The notes: generated from the sequence alone by a model not told the origin. Counted from the stretch's first letter, positions 24,721 to 36,058 are shown. The stretch: 45,166 bases of DNA from Candidatus Roizmanbacteria bacterium CG09_land_8_20_14_0_10_41_9 (GCA_002774185.1 PEZG01000057.1:1-45166); one strand, 5' to 3'. Program-made: numbers and translations.

Positions 24721-24749
24721 AGGGTTTTAATCCAAAAAACGGGTTAGGA
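24721..24749 (-). promoter_or_regulatory. 3' strand of the bipartite 16S rRNA processing stem
   Basis: agggtttt (24721-24728) and aaacgggttagga (24737-24749) are exact reverse complements of 26421-26428 and 26401-26413. Confidence 0.8.
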
Positions 24750-24859
24750 TAAAGATTTAAAGTCCACAATATCTTGTCATTCGTCTTATCCCGCTGAGCG
24801 GGATGCGGCTCATGGAGCGATTATTGGTGGACTAATTTTTTTCTAAAGAAAAAAATTAG

Positions 24860-26366
<1,507 letters not shown>

Positions 26367-26400
26367 AAAAATATAGGAAAATCCCGACAAAAGTCGGGAC

Positions 26401-26428
26401 TCCTAACCCGTTTACTGAATAAAACCCT
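26401..26428 (-). promoter_or_regulatory. 5' strand of the bipartite 16S rRNA processing stem
   Basis: Exact complement of 24721-24728 and 24737-24749. Predicted helices are 8 bp and 13 bp, separated by a 7/8-nt internal loop. Confidence 0.8.
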
Positions 26429-26461
26429 TTTTGTTAAAGTGCGGAAACTAAGTAGAGTTAT

Positions 26462-26490
26462 ATTCTATAGCAGAGAGAAATAAAAGTCAA
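26462..26490 (-). promoter_or_regulatory. Candidate 16S rRNA promoter (TTGACT, 17 nt, TAGAAT on the minus strand)
   Basis: -35 is the reverse complement of 26485-26490 and -10 is the reverse complement of 26462-26467. It lies between the mreB stop and the processing-stem strand. Confidence 0.5.
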
Positions 26491-26507
26491 CTTAACTTGT
26501 GCTTGTT

Positions 26508-27563
26508 TCATCGAATAACGAGTTTTGACAAGTGCTCTTTGTTTTTCGCGATTTTCATAAGCCCGTGAATCGTTACGTCGTCTGGATTCTCCGCGCAGAT
26601 TACATCAATTTTTATTTCATTTGCAAAAAACCCATCGATTCCTTTAATGTTAGCTAACCCTCCGGTGAGCATGATACCCCTTTTGAATATTTCATCGATC
26701 GTTTCAGGGGGAGAGCCTTCGATGAGCTCTTTAATTCCGTCAAGGATCTGGTTTAAATGGGTTAAGAGAGCTTCCCTAATTTCCGATGTTTTGATGCGGA
26801 TAGATTTCGGAAGTCCTGATTCAAGAGATTTTCCTCTGACCGTCGCGGTTTTTTCTTCTTTCTGAAAATGGAGAAGGTTTGTTTTAAGGGATTCACAGGT
26901 GGATTCTCCCAAGATAACGCCGTACTTCAAATAAACGTAGTTATAAATTAACTTATCCATATGGTCTCCGGCATTCTTTAAAGTCTTTTGATTCACGATT
27001 CCACCTCCTGAAACAATTGCCATTTCGATGAGTCCTCCACCAAGATCAACGATGAGATTTGGTTGGTGTGAAAAAATGTTGAAGTTACACCCAGCTGCCG
27101 TGGCAATAGGTTTCTCTATGAGTGATACCCCGGAACACCCTGCCTTCAACAACGCTTCTTCTGCTGCTTTCTGTTCTATCTCCGTTGCAACGGAGGGAAC
27201 GATACCAAAAGCTTGAAAAGGTGGCTTAAGGAGAAGGTTAGAAAAATAGGGTTGCACAGCCTTTTCCATTGCTTTTTGGATAAGGGAAACCTCAGCGTCA
27301 AAATCTGAAATAACTCCGTTCACCACTGGCCGCACAATTCGGATGAAGTCAGGCGTTTTACCCAGGATGGTTTTGGCTTCTTTTCCAAAAAAAATAAACT
27401 CTTTGATTTTTGAGTTGTACCCCAAATAGGTGGGTTCCTTATATGCGATCCCTTTATCCTTCACTGCAATGCGTGTGGTGGAAGTTCCGAGGTCAAAATA
27501 CAACTCAGCACCAGAAAAAAAAGGGAGTTTGATTTTTCCTATTTTTTCAATAAAATTAAACAT
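26508..27563 (-). CDS. mreB: Rod shape-determining protein MreB (actin-like ATPase)
   Basis: DLGTSTTRIAV phosphate-1, IVDLGGGLIEMAIVSGGGIV phosphate-2 and LTGGLANIKGID adenosine motifs. Confidence 0.85.
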   Translation of the reverse strand: MFNFIEKIGKIKLPFFSGAELYFDLGTSTTRIAVKDKGIAYKEPTYLGYNSKIKEFIFFGKEAKTILGKTPDFIRIVRPVVNGVISDFDAEVSLIQKAMEKAVQPYFSNLLLKPPFQAFGIVPSVATEIEQKAAEEALLKAGCSGVSLIEKPIATAAGCNFNIFSHQPNLIVDLGGGLIEMAIVSGGGIVNQKTLKNAGDHMDKLIYNYVYLKYGVILGESTCESLKTNLLHFQKEEKTATVRGKSLESGLPKSIRIKTSEIREALLTHLNQILDGIKELIEGSPPETIDEIFKRGIMLTGGLANIKGIDGFFANEIKIDVICAENPDDVTIHGLMKIAKNKEHLSKLVIR

Positions 27564-29792
27564 ATGTTTGAAGAAAACTCAAAAGTCAAAACTTCCTCCT
27601 TCGCCAAGGCTTCGGAGGACAAGCGAAAGTCAAAACTGGATATCCCATTAAGTTTTTTTTACTACTCCCTCTTTATCCTTGCACCGTTCATCATGAATCC
27701 CTTAACTTCTGAGCTATTTGAATTCAACAAAATGATATTTATCTATGGCGTTACCGCATGTGTTCTATTTTTTTGGTGTCTAAAGATGATCCTAAATAGA
27801 GTCATTATCTTTAAACGAACCATGTTCGATATTCCTATTTTGCTATTCCTATTTTCTCAATTTGCGTCTACGCTATTTTCTATAGATCCCCACACATCCC
27901 TTTTTGGATATTATGGCCGGTTTAACGGGGGTCTTGTTTCCATTATAGCGTATATTGTTTTATTGTACGGGTTCGTTTCAAACTTCAGCACAAAAACCGT
28001 TATTCGCATATTAAAAGCGTCTCTTGTGGTATCTTTTTTTGTTATCCTTTGGGGGTTGTCTGCGAAAATAGGGTATGATCCGACCTGTTTTTTATTTACC
28101 GAACGCCTGACTAATTCTTGCTGGACAGATCAATTCAGACCTGCAGAGAGGATGTTTTCCACACTAGGGCAACCAAATTGGTTAGGAGCATACCTCGCGA
28201 TCAATTTTTTCGTTGGACTTTTCTTTCTTGTGACAGGATTCGTAAAGGAAAAAAACCATAAGAATATATCAACTCTCCTTCTATATTTGTACCTCCTTTT
28301 TAATTTTATCGGCATCCTATTCACTCGATCCCGCTCCTCCCTGGTCGCTGTGTTAGTAGGAGTCCTGATTTTTATCATATATGTTTTTTTCCAATGGAAA
28401 GACAGCATAGGTCAACCAGTAGTCAAGAAATTTATCCTCTTCGTATGCCCCTTTATCCTGATAGTTTTAGTCTTTAAAACCGGCATACAGTCTATAGATA
28501 AATACCTATCTATTCGCACCTATCTCAATACGCCAAAAGTTACACCCGCCATTGGGAAAACGCAAGGTAATGTGACAGAATCCTTCGATATACGAAAAAT
28601 CGTATGGCAGGGTGCAATAAACTTAGGAAAAAAGTACCCATTTTTCGGTACGGGAGTTGAAACGTTTGCGTATTCGTACTACTTCGTGAGACCAAGCGAA
28701 CACAATCTTACATCAGAATGGGACTATCTATATAACAAGGCTCATAACGAATTTCTTAACTATTTCGCTACCACAGGGTATGTGGGGCTGCTATCCTATT
28801 GCCTAGTTATCGTAACAGTTGTAGGATATGGAATATGTAGGATACGGTCAAAAGAAGAAAGTCAGACGAAAAAACTCTTTTTCCTCTCGCTTCTTTTATC
28901 ATATCTCTCCATCCTGATCACCAACTTTTTCGGATTCTCAACAACAACGATAAACCTATTTTTCTATCTCATTCCGGGATTCTTCCTTCTGACCAGTGAC
29001 CAATTTTCCCAGCCCCCCTCTTCCCCACCGTTGGAAACACAGGGAGACAATCTTAAAGAAAAAGGGAAAAAACTCATCATGGTCCTGTTGACGATGTCCA
29101 CATTCGGTTTTATCATTCTAAGCCTAGTGTTCTATGTGCTAGCGGATATCCAATTTGCCGAGTCGGAAACGCTTGCGAAATCAGGAGACTATCAAAACGC
29201 CTCGACAATTTTAAATATGGCTCTGAAATACCGATACGAGCACGTGTATGAAGACAAATTATCGCATAACTTGGCAAACTTAGCGTTTCTCGCTTCGTAT
29301 GAAAAAAAGATGGATCTTGCTAAAAAGTTAATAGAACTTTCCAAATACTACAATCTTAAAAGCATACGCGCTTCGTCGTCGAATGTACTTTACTGGAAGA
29401 CAAAGGCTAAAAATTACTACCTGTACTACCAGTCGGATTTAGATACCAAAAATCTTGAGGAAGCGATAGCTGCGATAAAAACTGCGGGAAAATTCTCACC
29501 TACAGACCCAAAAATCCCCTACAGTCTCTCGGTTTTTTATTCCTTGCTTTTTGATGAAGTGAAAGACGCAAAAAAACGCGAGGTATTAGAAAAAGCTTCA
29601 ATGAATGAAATCGAACATGCTACGGTTCTTAAACCTGACTACCGGGATGCCTATTTTCTTAAGGCGCAGCTTTACGAAAAGTATGGTCAACAAGATGCAG
29701 CCATACGTATATACCGATATATCCTTAACATAATTGATAAGAATGACGAAGAAATAAAAGATCAACTGAATAGGCTGGAAAGCAAACCGTGA
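27564..29792 (+). CDS. O-antigen ligase/Wzy_C-family polytopic membrane protein with a C-terminal TPR region
   Basis: Multiple TM helices, RSRSSLVAVLVGVL and AHNEFLNYFATTGYVGLL (Wzy_C-type), TPR-like C-terminal ~230 aa. The true start is uncertain; the ATG at 27693 is an alternative. Confidence 0.7.
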   Translation: MFEENSKVKTSSFAKASEDKRKSKLDIPLSFFYYSLFILAPFIMNPLTSELFEFNKMIFIYGVTACVLFFWCLKMILNRVIIFKRTMFDIPILLFLFSQFASTLFSIDPHTSLFGYYGRFNGGLVSIIAYIVLLYGFVSNFSTKTVIRILKASLVVSFFVILWGLSAKIGYDPTCFLFTERLTNSCWTDQFRPAERMFSTLGQPNWLGAYLAINFFVGLFFLVTGFVKEKNHKNISTLLLYLYLLFNFIGILFTRSRSSLVAVLVGVLIFIIYVFFQWKDSIGQPVVKKFILFVCPFILIVLVFKTGIQSIDKYLSIRTYLNTPKVTPAIGKTQGNVTESFDIRKIVWQGAINLGKKYPFFGTGVETFAYSYYFVRPSEHNLTSEWDYLYNKAHNEFLNYFATTGYVGLLSYCLVIVTVVGYGICRIRSKEESQTKKLFFLSLLLSYLSILITNFFGFSTTTINLFFYLIPGFFLLTSDQFSQPPSSPPLETQGDNLKEKGKKLIMVLLTMSTFGFIILSLVFYVLADIQFAESETLAKSGDYQNASTILNMALKYRYEHVYEDKLSHNLANLAFLASYEKKMDLAKKLIELSKYYNLKSIRASSSNVLYWKTKAKNYYLYYQSDLDTKNLEEAIAAIKTAGKFSPTDPKIPYSLSVFYSLLFDEVKDAKKREVLEKASMNEIEHATVLKPDYRDAYFLKAQLYEKYGQQDAAIRIYRYILNIIDKNDEEIKDQLNRLESKP

Positions 29793-29793
29793 G

Positions 29794-30264
29794 TTATGGA
29801 GTAGTGTTCGTGCTCGAAATACCATACTTACACGGTGATCCATTACAGCAGGACGTTCCCGTATAACCGTCTTGATCGACTCCACTTCCCGCATCATTCG
29901 CATTCTCAATGCATGAATACAACTGATACGATGATCTATCACCGGAGACAACATATTCATAATCAAAAGAAGAAGTAGGGTCGGGAGGGATAATCTGCAT
30001 GTATATTTTTCCGCCCGCTCCTGTCAAAACTCCTCCGGCCGCTATGCTTGGGGGGTATTGCCGATTGTCTTCATAATACATTTCCAGAGCTTTCTGAATA
30101 TGCTCTAGATCAGATTTTCTTTTCGCATCCCTTCCCTTTACCATTGAGGTGACAAAATTACCCGAGATCATTGCCGCAAGCACTCCAAGAATGGCAATCA
30201 CAACCAATAGTTCAAGGAGCGTAAAAGAAAGTTCTGATAATACTCTATTACGAAGTACTCTCAT
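29794..30264 (-). CDS. Type IV pilin/pseudopilin-like protein
   Basis: Prepilin N-terminus ...SELS|[18 protein letters not shown], then the RDAKRKSDLEHIQKALEMYY helix typical of GspG/CPR pilins. Cys-rich C-terminus ending SSTNTTP. Confidence 0.8.
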   Translation of the reverse strand: MRVLRNRVLSELSFTLLELLVVIAILGVLAAMISGNFVTSMVKGRDAKRKSDLEHIQKALEMYYEDNRQYPPSIAAGGVLTGAGGKIYMQIIPPDPTSSFDYEYVVSGDRSSYQLYSCIENANDAGSGVDQDGYTGTSCCNGSPCKYGISSTNTTP

Positions 30265-30318
30265 ATACTAATACAGTATCATATTATAAAAAATATTCCA
30301 ATATGGATAGGTTTTCAT

Positions 30319-30324
30319 TATAAT
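30319..30324 (+). promoter_or_regulatory. TATAAT -10 hexamer 4 nt upstream of the ATG at 30329 (leaderless candidate)
   Basis: Read directly. The -35 is weak (TTCCAA at 30296-30301, 17-nt spacer). Confidence 0.35.
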
Positions 30325-30328
30325 ACCC

Positions 30329-32569
30329 ATGACACTTAACCGTATGTTCAAATCGTTTTTAAAAAAGGGATGGCCTATCATAATGCTCATCATCCTGAAC
30401 GGGATCTTTTTTGCCCCCCTTTTTTTTCCCAACCTGAAACTCATCGTTACCCCCGAATACGGAGGAGGAGATGAGACGATCTTTCACTATCCGGTAAAAT
30501 TTTTTTTAAAAGAATCGTATCGGAAAGGCATCGTGGTTCCATTTTGGAGTAAAGATATCGGAGCAGGGTACCCCCTATACGCTCAACAGGAATCGGGATT
30601 CTTGAATCCGATCAATTACCTTACCATTCGTTTTCTTCCATTCGTCACATCGATCAATTTCCAAATTTACCTCTATTTCCTTATTCTCTTAACCTCTTCC
30701 TATTACCTCGCTAGAACTCTCGGACTTCAAAAGATGACTTCCATGTTCTTCTCTACAGTTTATGCCTATTCTTTTTTCATCATTACGAACATCATCCATT
30801 TTTCCCACATGGCGAGTTTTGTTTTTTTCCCGATACTGTTTGCGTTGGTTCTCCGGTATTTGCAGGAATCCGAATCACGAAATAATTATTTGGTTTTCTT
30901 TATTTTTGTTTCTTTTTTGCAGTTAACAGCAGGTCATATTCAATATTCCTGCTATACTCACTTATTCATCGTGTCCTATGTGGTTCTTTTTTGGCGTTTT
31001 GAGCGGGATCCGGCTAAAAGGAAGAGAATTTTTTCAAAAGGTATATACCTCGTTGCATCCTATGGTGTTATTTTTTTGCTTTCCGCAGTGCAGCTTTTCC
31101 CCACGTATGAATTTTATGCGGCATCGAATCGCGAGGCCATTCCCCTAACCTCACGATCTGTCTCGTCCAATCTCAGTTTGAGCAGTCTACTGACTTTCTT
31201 CTATCCCTTCTTATTCTACTCTCCCTCTTTGGTGAGGAACTCCTTATTCGATTATACCCCGCCTTGGGACGGGAATTATTATTATGGGATCCCCCCATTC
31301 CTATTTCTCTTCCTGCTGGCAATTCCAACTCTGAGGAGTCGGATATTCAAACGGGCCCGGTACCGATATATTTTTTTACTACTTCTTTTCTTTTTCATCC
31401 TCCTGTCTTTTGGAGCGAATTCGCCACTTTACTTATTATTCTATATGCCCCCGCTTTCTTTTTTCAGAGTGAGCGGACGGTTTGTTTTATTTGTTGTGTT
31501 CCTTTGTGTTTTATTCTCATCGTTTGTGTTTGAAGAACTATATAAAAAAAAGAACCAGGTGTTGCGTTTTGGCTTAATTCTGGTAACCCTCATAAACTTT
31601 GTCCTCAACATGTTACTCATGTATACGTTCCATACATTTCAGGATGAAAAAGGGTTTTTTTCACAAGGGAAAACCATACGATATCTCAAAGAATCCGAGT
31701 CGAAGAGGATTCTGAATCCGTTTTATTTTTCCGAGGTGCTCCCGAACATCCTATACGTCAAGGGTATCCTGAGAAACATTCCCGTCTACTCTGAGATAAT
31801 AAAAAACGGACTCCCTCTTGATTACAATCTGTTCTACGGGATATCCCACGTGAATGAATCCACATCCGCATTCAACCTTTTTCGACATAAGCTATACCTT
31901 TTCCTGGTGGAATCCAATGTAAATTATCCTGAGAGACTGGAAACGTATGAAACTCCGTTGTCAGAATCCGCAAAAAATTTACTTTACTATGCGGCGGTGG
32001 ACACGATTCTCTCGCCTTATGCATTAAAGGATACTGATACCTATCTTCGCCTAAAAGAAAAAATACCCTCTTTTCTTCCCAAACTAAACTATTTTATTTA
32101 TGAGGTGAAAGGTAAAAAGAACCGTGTTCAGTTCTACACAAAGTACATGAGGATATCTACATTTAAAGATTTTCAAGAAACAACTTCAGAGGACCAGGAT
32201 GTCAAAGACACGGTCTTTATCGAAGAAGATTCCAAAGGGGCAATAAAAACCATTGGTACGACGGGTCAGTTGGATGCCTCATACTTTACGGAGGTTGATG
32301 AGAATGAGTATCTGCGTATAAAAACGAAGACTAGTGACGAGAGCATTCTTGTACTAGCGGATACCTTTTATCCCGGGTGGGAACTGTATATCGACGGGAA
32401 GAAAACTTCCATATTTCATGCCAATATTCTATTCAGGGGGACATTTCTTCCTCGAGGAACCCATAGGGTCGAATATGTTTATAAACCGGTATCTTTTTAT
32501 TACGGTCTCGTTGTGAGTTTGGTAACGATTGTAGGTTTTATTGCCTTTCTTTTTAGGAAGAGGAATTAG
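30329..32569 (+). CDS. YfhO-like polytopic membrane glycosyltransferase (GT-C type)
   Basis: More than 10 TM helices. N-terminal FHYPVKFF...GIVVPFWSKDIGAGYPLYAQQESGFLNPINYL follows the YfhO pattern. Large C-terminal extracytoplasmic part with a final TM helix. Confidence 0.5.
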   Translation: MTLNRMFKSFLKKGWPIIMLIILNGIFFAPLFFPNLKLIVTPEYGGGDETIFHYPVKFFLKESYRKGIVVPFWSKDIGAGYPLYAQQESGFLNPINYLTIRFLPFVTSINFQIYLYFLILLTSSYYLARTLGLQKMTSMFFSTVYAYSFFIITNIIHFSHMASFVFFPILFALVLRYLQESESRNNYLVFFIFVSFLQLTAGHIQYSCYTHLFIVSYVVLFWRFERDPAKRKRIFSKGIYLVASYGVIFLLSAVQLFPTYEFYAASNREAIPLTSRSVSSNLSLSSLLTFFYPFLFYSPSLVRNSLFDYTPPWDGNYYYGIPPFLFLFLLAIPTLRSRIFKRARYRYIFLLLLFFFILLSFGANSPLYLLFYMPPLSFFRVSGRFVLFVVFLCVLFSSFVFEELYKKKNQVLRFGLILVTLINFVLNMLLMYTFHTFQDEKGFFSQGKTIRYLKESESKRILNPFYFSEVLPNILYVKGILRNIPVYSEIIKNGLPLDYNLFYGISHVNESTSAFNLFRHKLYLFLVESNVNYPERLETYETPLSESAKNLLYYAAVDTILSPYALKDTDTYLRLKEKIPSFLPKLNYFIYEVKGKKNRVQFYTKYMRISTFKDFQETTSEDQDVKDTVFIEEDSKGAIKTIGTTGQLDASYFTEVDENEYLRIKTKTSDESILVLADTFYPGWELYIDGKKTSIFHANILFRGTFLPRGTHRVEYVYKPVSFYYGLVVSLVTIVGFIAFLFRKRN

Positions 32570-34551
32570 AATTTCTTCAACGGGAGACGCTCCATATTTT
32601 TCTTTTCATTGTATATCTCCAAAAGATCGTAAACGTTTTTATTTTCCTGATCGCAGAAATAGTAGTACTTGAGAATTGCGGCAAGCTCACTGCTATCCAA
32701 AAGAGTTTTCCTCTTGAGATATTTCTTAACAAGGGGCAATCCCAGATTGCATGTTTTTTGCGCTGTATAGATTTCTAGTCGCAGTTTATCCATGTAAGGA
32801 GATTCCAGTTTAAGCGTATCTGAGATAAAGTTGAGGTAACCTAGCGCCTGTGCGTCGTATCCGTTTTTCTTAAGGAACGCGCAATAGAGTTCGAGAGCAC
32901 TTCCATACGTTTGACGGATGCTCTCCAAATGGAGGATTTTGCCATCAGACATAAAAGTGTGAGGAAATCCATAGGTATGCTTCCATAACGTGCGGTTTAT
33001 CGCGACAATGTTTTCTATATCTTCGACTGCTTTTTCCTCAGTTGGGTAATATTTCCAAAGAAGACCGTAGGGTAACCAAGAACCGCTAGGTGCCTGGCTT
33101 TCGAAAAAGATCTTATAGTTTTCGTTGTTTTTTTCCAGGAATTCTTTCAAGAATAACTGTTGGGATGATGTGGAGGGAAAAAATAACTGAGGGTAGTTTT
33201 TTTTCAGTTTCTCAATGTAGTATGGCCGGGCGAAAAGATCAGGGAAAATGAATATCAGATCTGTCCGGTACTTTTCAACGTAGTAATAATATGCGGTTGT
33301 GAAAAATCCTACGTCCGATTTCATGGCAAGAATAGAGTTTTTAGGAGGGGTGTCAAGAACGTTTTTTGCATACGTTTCAAATTCCGTAATATTCTTTAGT
33401 TTTCGAATACTTTTAAAGTTGGACCAGAATACGATAGCAAAATAAGCAAGAAAAAAAATGATCATAAGGAAGTGGGTAAACTGTTTTATCCGCTTGTTTA
33501 CAATATTTACATTAAAAAAAATCATTGCTTTCTCGTATGCATACTGGATACCCAAAGCAAATGGGAATATGAGAATGGCATAAAGAGGAATCAGAAACCG
33601 TTCGAATGTCGCTACGATAAATGGACCCTGAAGGGGAAAATTACTGTAAAAATAGAAGAAAAGATGCGAGAAAATGCCCAGCGTTACAAAATAGAAAAAA
33701 GAGCGGCTCTTTTTATATAAATTCAACAATCCCAAAAGGATAAAAACGATTCCAATGATCCGGAAATCCTGAATAAGGAAAATCAGGGTAGAAAAGGAAT
33801 TAAAAATTTGGTTTATAAGATGGGGTTGTGAAGTCGAAAATGCCTTGAATGTGCCATACGATGATCGGGTGATTAACCGTATGAGTCCATCAAGAGTCTT
33901 TGCATTTTCCCAATCGATGGGAGGATTGAAAAAGCTTGCTATAGGGGCATAGATAAAAAAAGAAAATCCTAAGAGAAAAAATATCAACCCTTTCCTTATT
34001 CTCTTCTTAAATATCGAAACGCTATCTTTTATCATCATGTACCATCCGGGTAGGAATAAAACCACCGTATGGTGGTGGGCGAACGTCATTCCGAGAAAAA
34101 AACACGCAACGAAAAACAGATTTTTGTTACGGGTTTTCTTAAGACGAAGTATCGCTAAGGTGATCATAAGGGAAAGAGCAGTATGGAGTGCGAATACCTC
34201 AGGAACCTCCGCATACAGCCAAACGGGAAAAAGAAAGGAAAAGAACAAACCAGAAAATAGGGAAAGATACTTATTCCTAGATATCTCAAGGACGATAGCA
34301 TAAATTAAAACCGTTGAAAGAATCGTTGGTACGATAGAGAGGAGATTCGCAGGGACGTAGGGAGGAGCAAAAAAGAGCACCGTTCTTACGGTGTTTACCA
34401 ACAAGCTATACAGAGGATATCCTGGGGGGTGCGCTATACTCCACGTATGAGCAACCGTACTGTATTCGGAACTATCACCCAAAAAAATATAGGTAGATTG
34501 AAACCAGCTAAACAAAAAAAACTGAATAATCGAAGTTAATAAAACCAACAT
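32566..34551 (-). CDS. DUF2723 (TMEM260-like) GT-C membrane glycosyltransferase
   Basis: The N-terminal GDSSEYSTVAHTWSIAHPPGYPLY signature is characteristic of DUF2723. Many TM helices, then a soluble helical C-terminus. Confidence 0.65.
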   Translation of the reverse strand: MLVLLTSIIQFFLFSWFQSTYIFLGDSSEYSTVAHTWSIAHPPGYPLYSLLVNTVRTVLFFAPPYVPANLLSIVPTILSTVLIYAIVLEISRNKYLSLFSGLFFSFLFPVWLYAEVPEVFALHTALSLMITLAILRLKKTRNKNLFFVACFFLGMTFAHHHTVVLFLPGWYMMIKDSVSIFKKRIRKGLIFFLLGFSFFIYAPIASFFNPPIDWENAKTLDGLIRLITRSSYGTFKAFSTSQPHLINQIFNSFSTLIFLIQDFRIIGIVFILLGLLNLYKKSRSFFYFVTLGIFSHLFFYFYSNFPLQGPFIVATFERFLIPLYAILIFPFALGIQYAYEKAMIFFNVNIVNKRIKQFTHFLMIIFFLAYFAIVFWSNFKSIRKLKNITEFETYAKNVLDTPPKNSILAMKSDVGFFTTAYYYYVEKYRTDLIFIFPDLFARPYYIEKLKKNYPQLFFPSTSSQQLFLKEFLEKNNENYKIFFESQAPSGSWLPYGLLWKYYPTEEKAVEDIENIVAINRTLWKHTYGFPHTFMSDGKILHLESIRQTYGSALELYCAFLKKNGYDAQALGYLNFISDTLKLESPYMDKLRLEIYTAQKTCNLGLPLVKKYLKRKTLLDSSELAAILKYYYFCDQENKNVYDLLEIYNEKKNMERLPLKKF

Positions 34552-34574
34552 CCTTGTATTCTACACGATTCTTT

Positions 34575-35087
34575 TTATTTCACGCACCAAACACATGCAA
34601 AGGTGGGGCTAGATGCTGGTCCGCAGTCTGCATCTTTATCTGCGACTTCCGTCATATCGCTTTCGAGGAATTTGGTATTCGGATCCGTTCTAAAGGACTT
34701 TGATGCGGGTTTAAAGCAAACTGTTACTGTTTGGTCTGTACCGGCAAGCTTGATTCTTCCGAGTTGCCCCTTTGCGAGAGTAGAAAAATCCGCTTTTAAC
34801 TCCCCGGAATCAATGATAGCGGAGAGATTTACATCAGTGTAACCCGTGGAAAGATCACTGACGGATATTGTGGAAGCAGGTGCCCATGGCATCTGGCTTC
34901 TGATGGCATAATATCGAATAACAGCTCCATGAACTTCTGAAACAGTATTTCTTATCCCGGTATCATCACCTTTTTTCAGCTGCTCAAACGGATCCAGAGC
35001 TGCCATAAGGCCTACTGCTAATGCACCAAGAAGAGCAATCACGATCAAAAGTTCAATAAGGGTAAACCCAAACTTAGAGTTTTTCAT
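34575..35087 (-). CDS. Type IV pilin/pseudopilin-like protein
   Basis: MKNSKFG|FTLIELLIVIALLGALA prepilin signature. ATG at 35087 chosen because the track start at 35141 is TTG. Confidence 0.8.
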   Translation of the reverse strand: MKNSKFGFTLIELLIVIALLGALAVGLMAALDPFEQLKKGDDTGIRNTVSEVHGAVIRYYAIRSQMPWAPASTISVSDLSTGYTDVNLSAIIDSGELKADFSTLAKGQLGRIKLAGTDQTVTVCFKPASKSFRTDPNTKFLESDMTEVADKDADCGPASSPTFACVWCVK

Positions 35088-35148
35088 ATTATTTTCATCA
35101 TAGATATCTTTTTTCCGCTTGTCAAGAGGTATTTTGGGCAATTATCCC

Positions 35149-35176
35149 TTGACATCACGTAGAAATCTGCTATACT
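35149..35176 (+). promoter_or_regulatory. Sigma70 promoter (TTGACA, 16 nt, TATACT) ending 6 nt before the transposase ATG
   Basis: TTGACA at 35149-35154, TATACT at 35171-35176, ATG at 35183. No Shine-Dalgarno. Confidence 0.55.
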
Positions 35177-35182
35177 ATTATT

Positions 35183-36058
35183 ATGTTAAACACTTTTACC
35201 CTTTCTGACTTTCTAAAAAAGTATAAGACTAATGAAGATTGTTTAGAGGAAATCAAAAATATCATCTATTCAAATGGGGTTAAATGTAAGATATGTAAGA
35301 AAATAACCCCTCATTACAAAATAAAAAGTAAAAAGGTTTATTCTTGTCAAAACTGTGGAACACAGGTAAGTCCTTTGGCAAATACTATATTTCACAAGTC
35401 TTCAACCGACCTTTTGGATTGGTTTTATGCAATTTACCTTATTACTCAAACCAGAGGCGGACTTCCAGCTCTTGAACTTCAAAGAATGTTAGGTTGTAGT
35501 TATAAAACCGCTTGGAGAATGGGACATCAGATAAGAAAACTAATGACTGATGAAGAGAAAGGTTTGCTTTCAGGTGACGTTGAGGTTGACGAGACTTTTG
35601 TAGGTGGAAAAGGATTTAACAGAATAAAAGTTGATTTTACGGAAAGACCTAAAGAGGTCGTTATGGGAATGGTTGAACGGGGAGGAAAACTGCGAGCAAA
35701 ACATATTGAAACGACTGGAAAGTGGGCTCTACGGGAACAAATTGAGAAACACATTGATCCAAAAGCTCGTGTTTTTACTGACCAGTTTGCAGGCTATCAT
35801 CAACTACGAAAGCTCGGTTATAGTCATTACAGCGTAAATCACGGGAAGTTTCAGTATAGAAAAGGTGACGCATACACACAGAACATTGAAAACGTATGGA
35901 GCCATTTGAAGCGTGGAATTAACGGAGTTTATCACCACGTATCAAAGAAACATTTACAAGCTTACGTTGATGAGTTTACGTTCAGATACAATAACAGAAA
36001 GTCAGAAGATATGTTTGCTCTCGTCTTAAACAGAGTAGTTAGCGTGAGGCGAAAATAG
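35183..36058 (+). CDS. IS1595-family (ISXO2-like) DDE transposase
   Basis: Zinc-ribbon N-terminus (CKICKKITPHY...CQNCGTQ), VEVDETFVGG and VFTDQFAGY blocks. Clearly diverged from the copy at 10754-11536. Confidence 0.85.
   Translation: MLNTFTLSDFLKKYKTNEDCLEEIKNIIYSNGVKCKICKKITPHYKIKSKKVYSCQNCGTQVSPLANTIFHKSSTDLLDWFYAIYLITQTRGGLPALELQRMLGCSYKTAWRMGHQIRKLMTDEEKGLLSGDVEVDETFVGGKGFNRIKVDFTERPKEVVMGMVERGGKLRAKHIETTGKWALREQIEKHIDPKARVFTDQFAGYHQLRKLGYSHYSVNHGKFQYRKGDAYTQNIENVWSHLKRGINGVYHHVSKKHLQAYVDEFTFRYNNRKSEDMFALVLNRVVSVRRK

Noticed and set aside
29598-29966. 122-aa minus-strand ORF spanning the end of the Wzy_C gene and the pilin gene
   Set aside because: It is out of frame with the clearly recognisable pilin (29794-30264) and antisense to the TPR region. 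No motifs.
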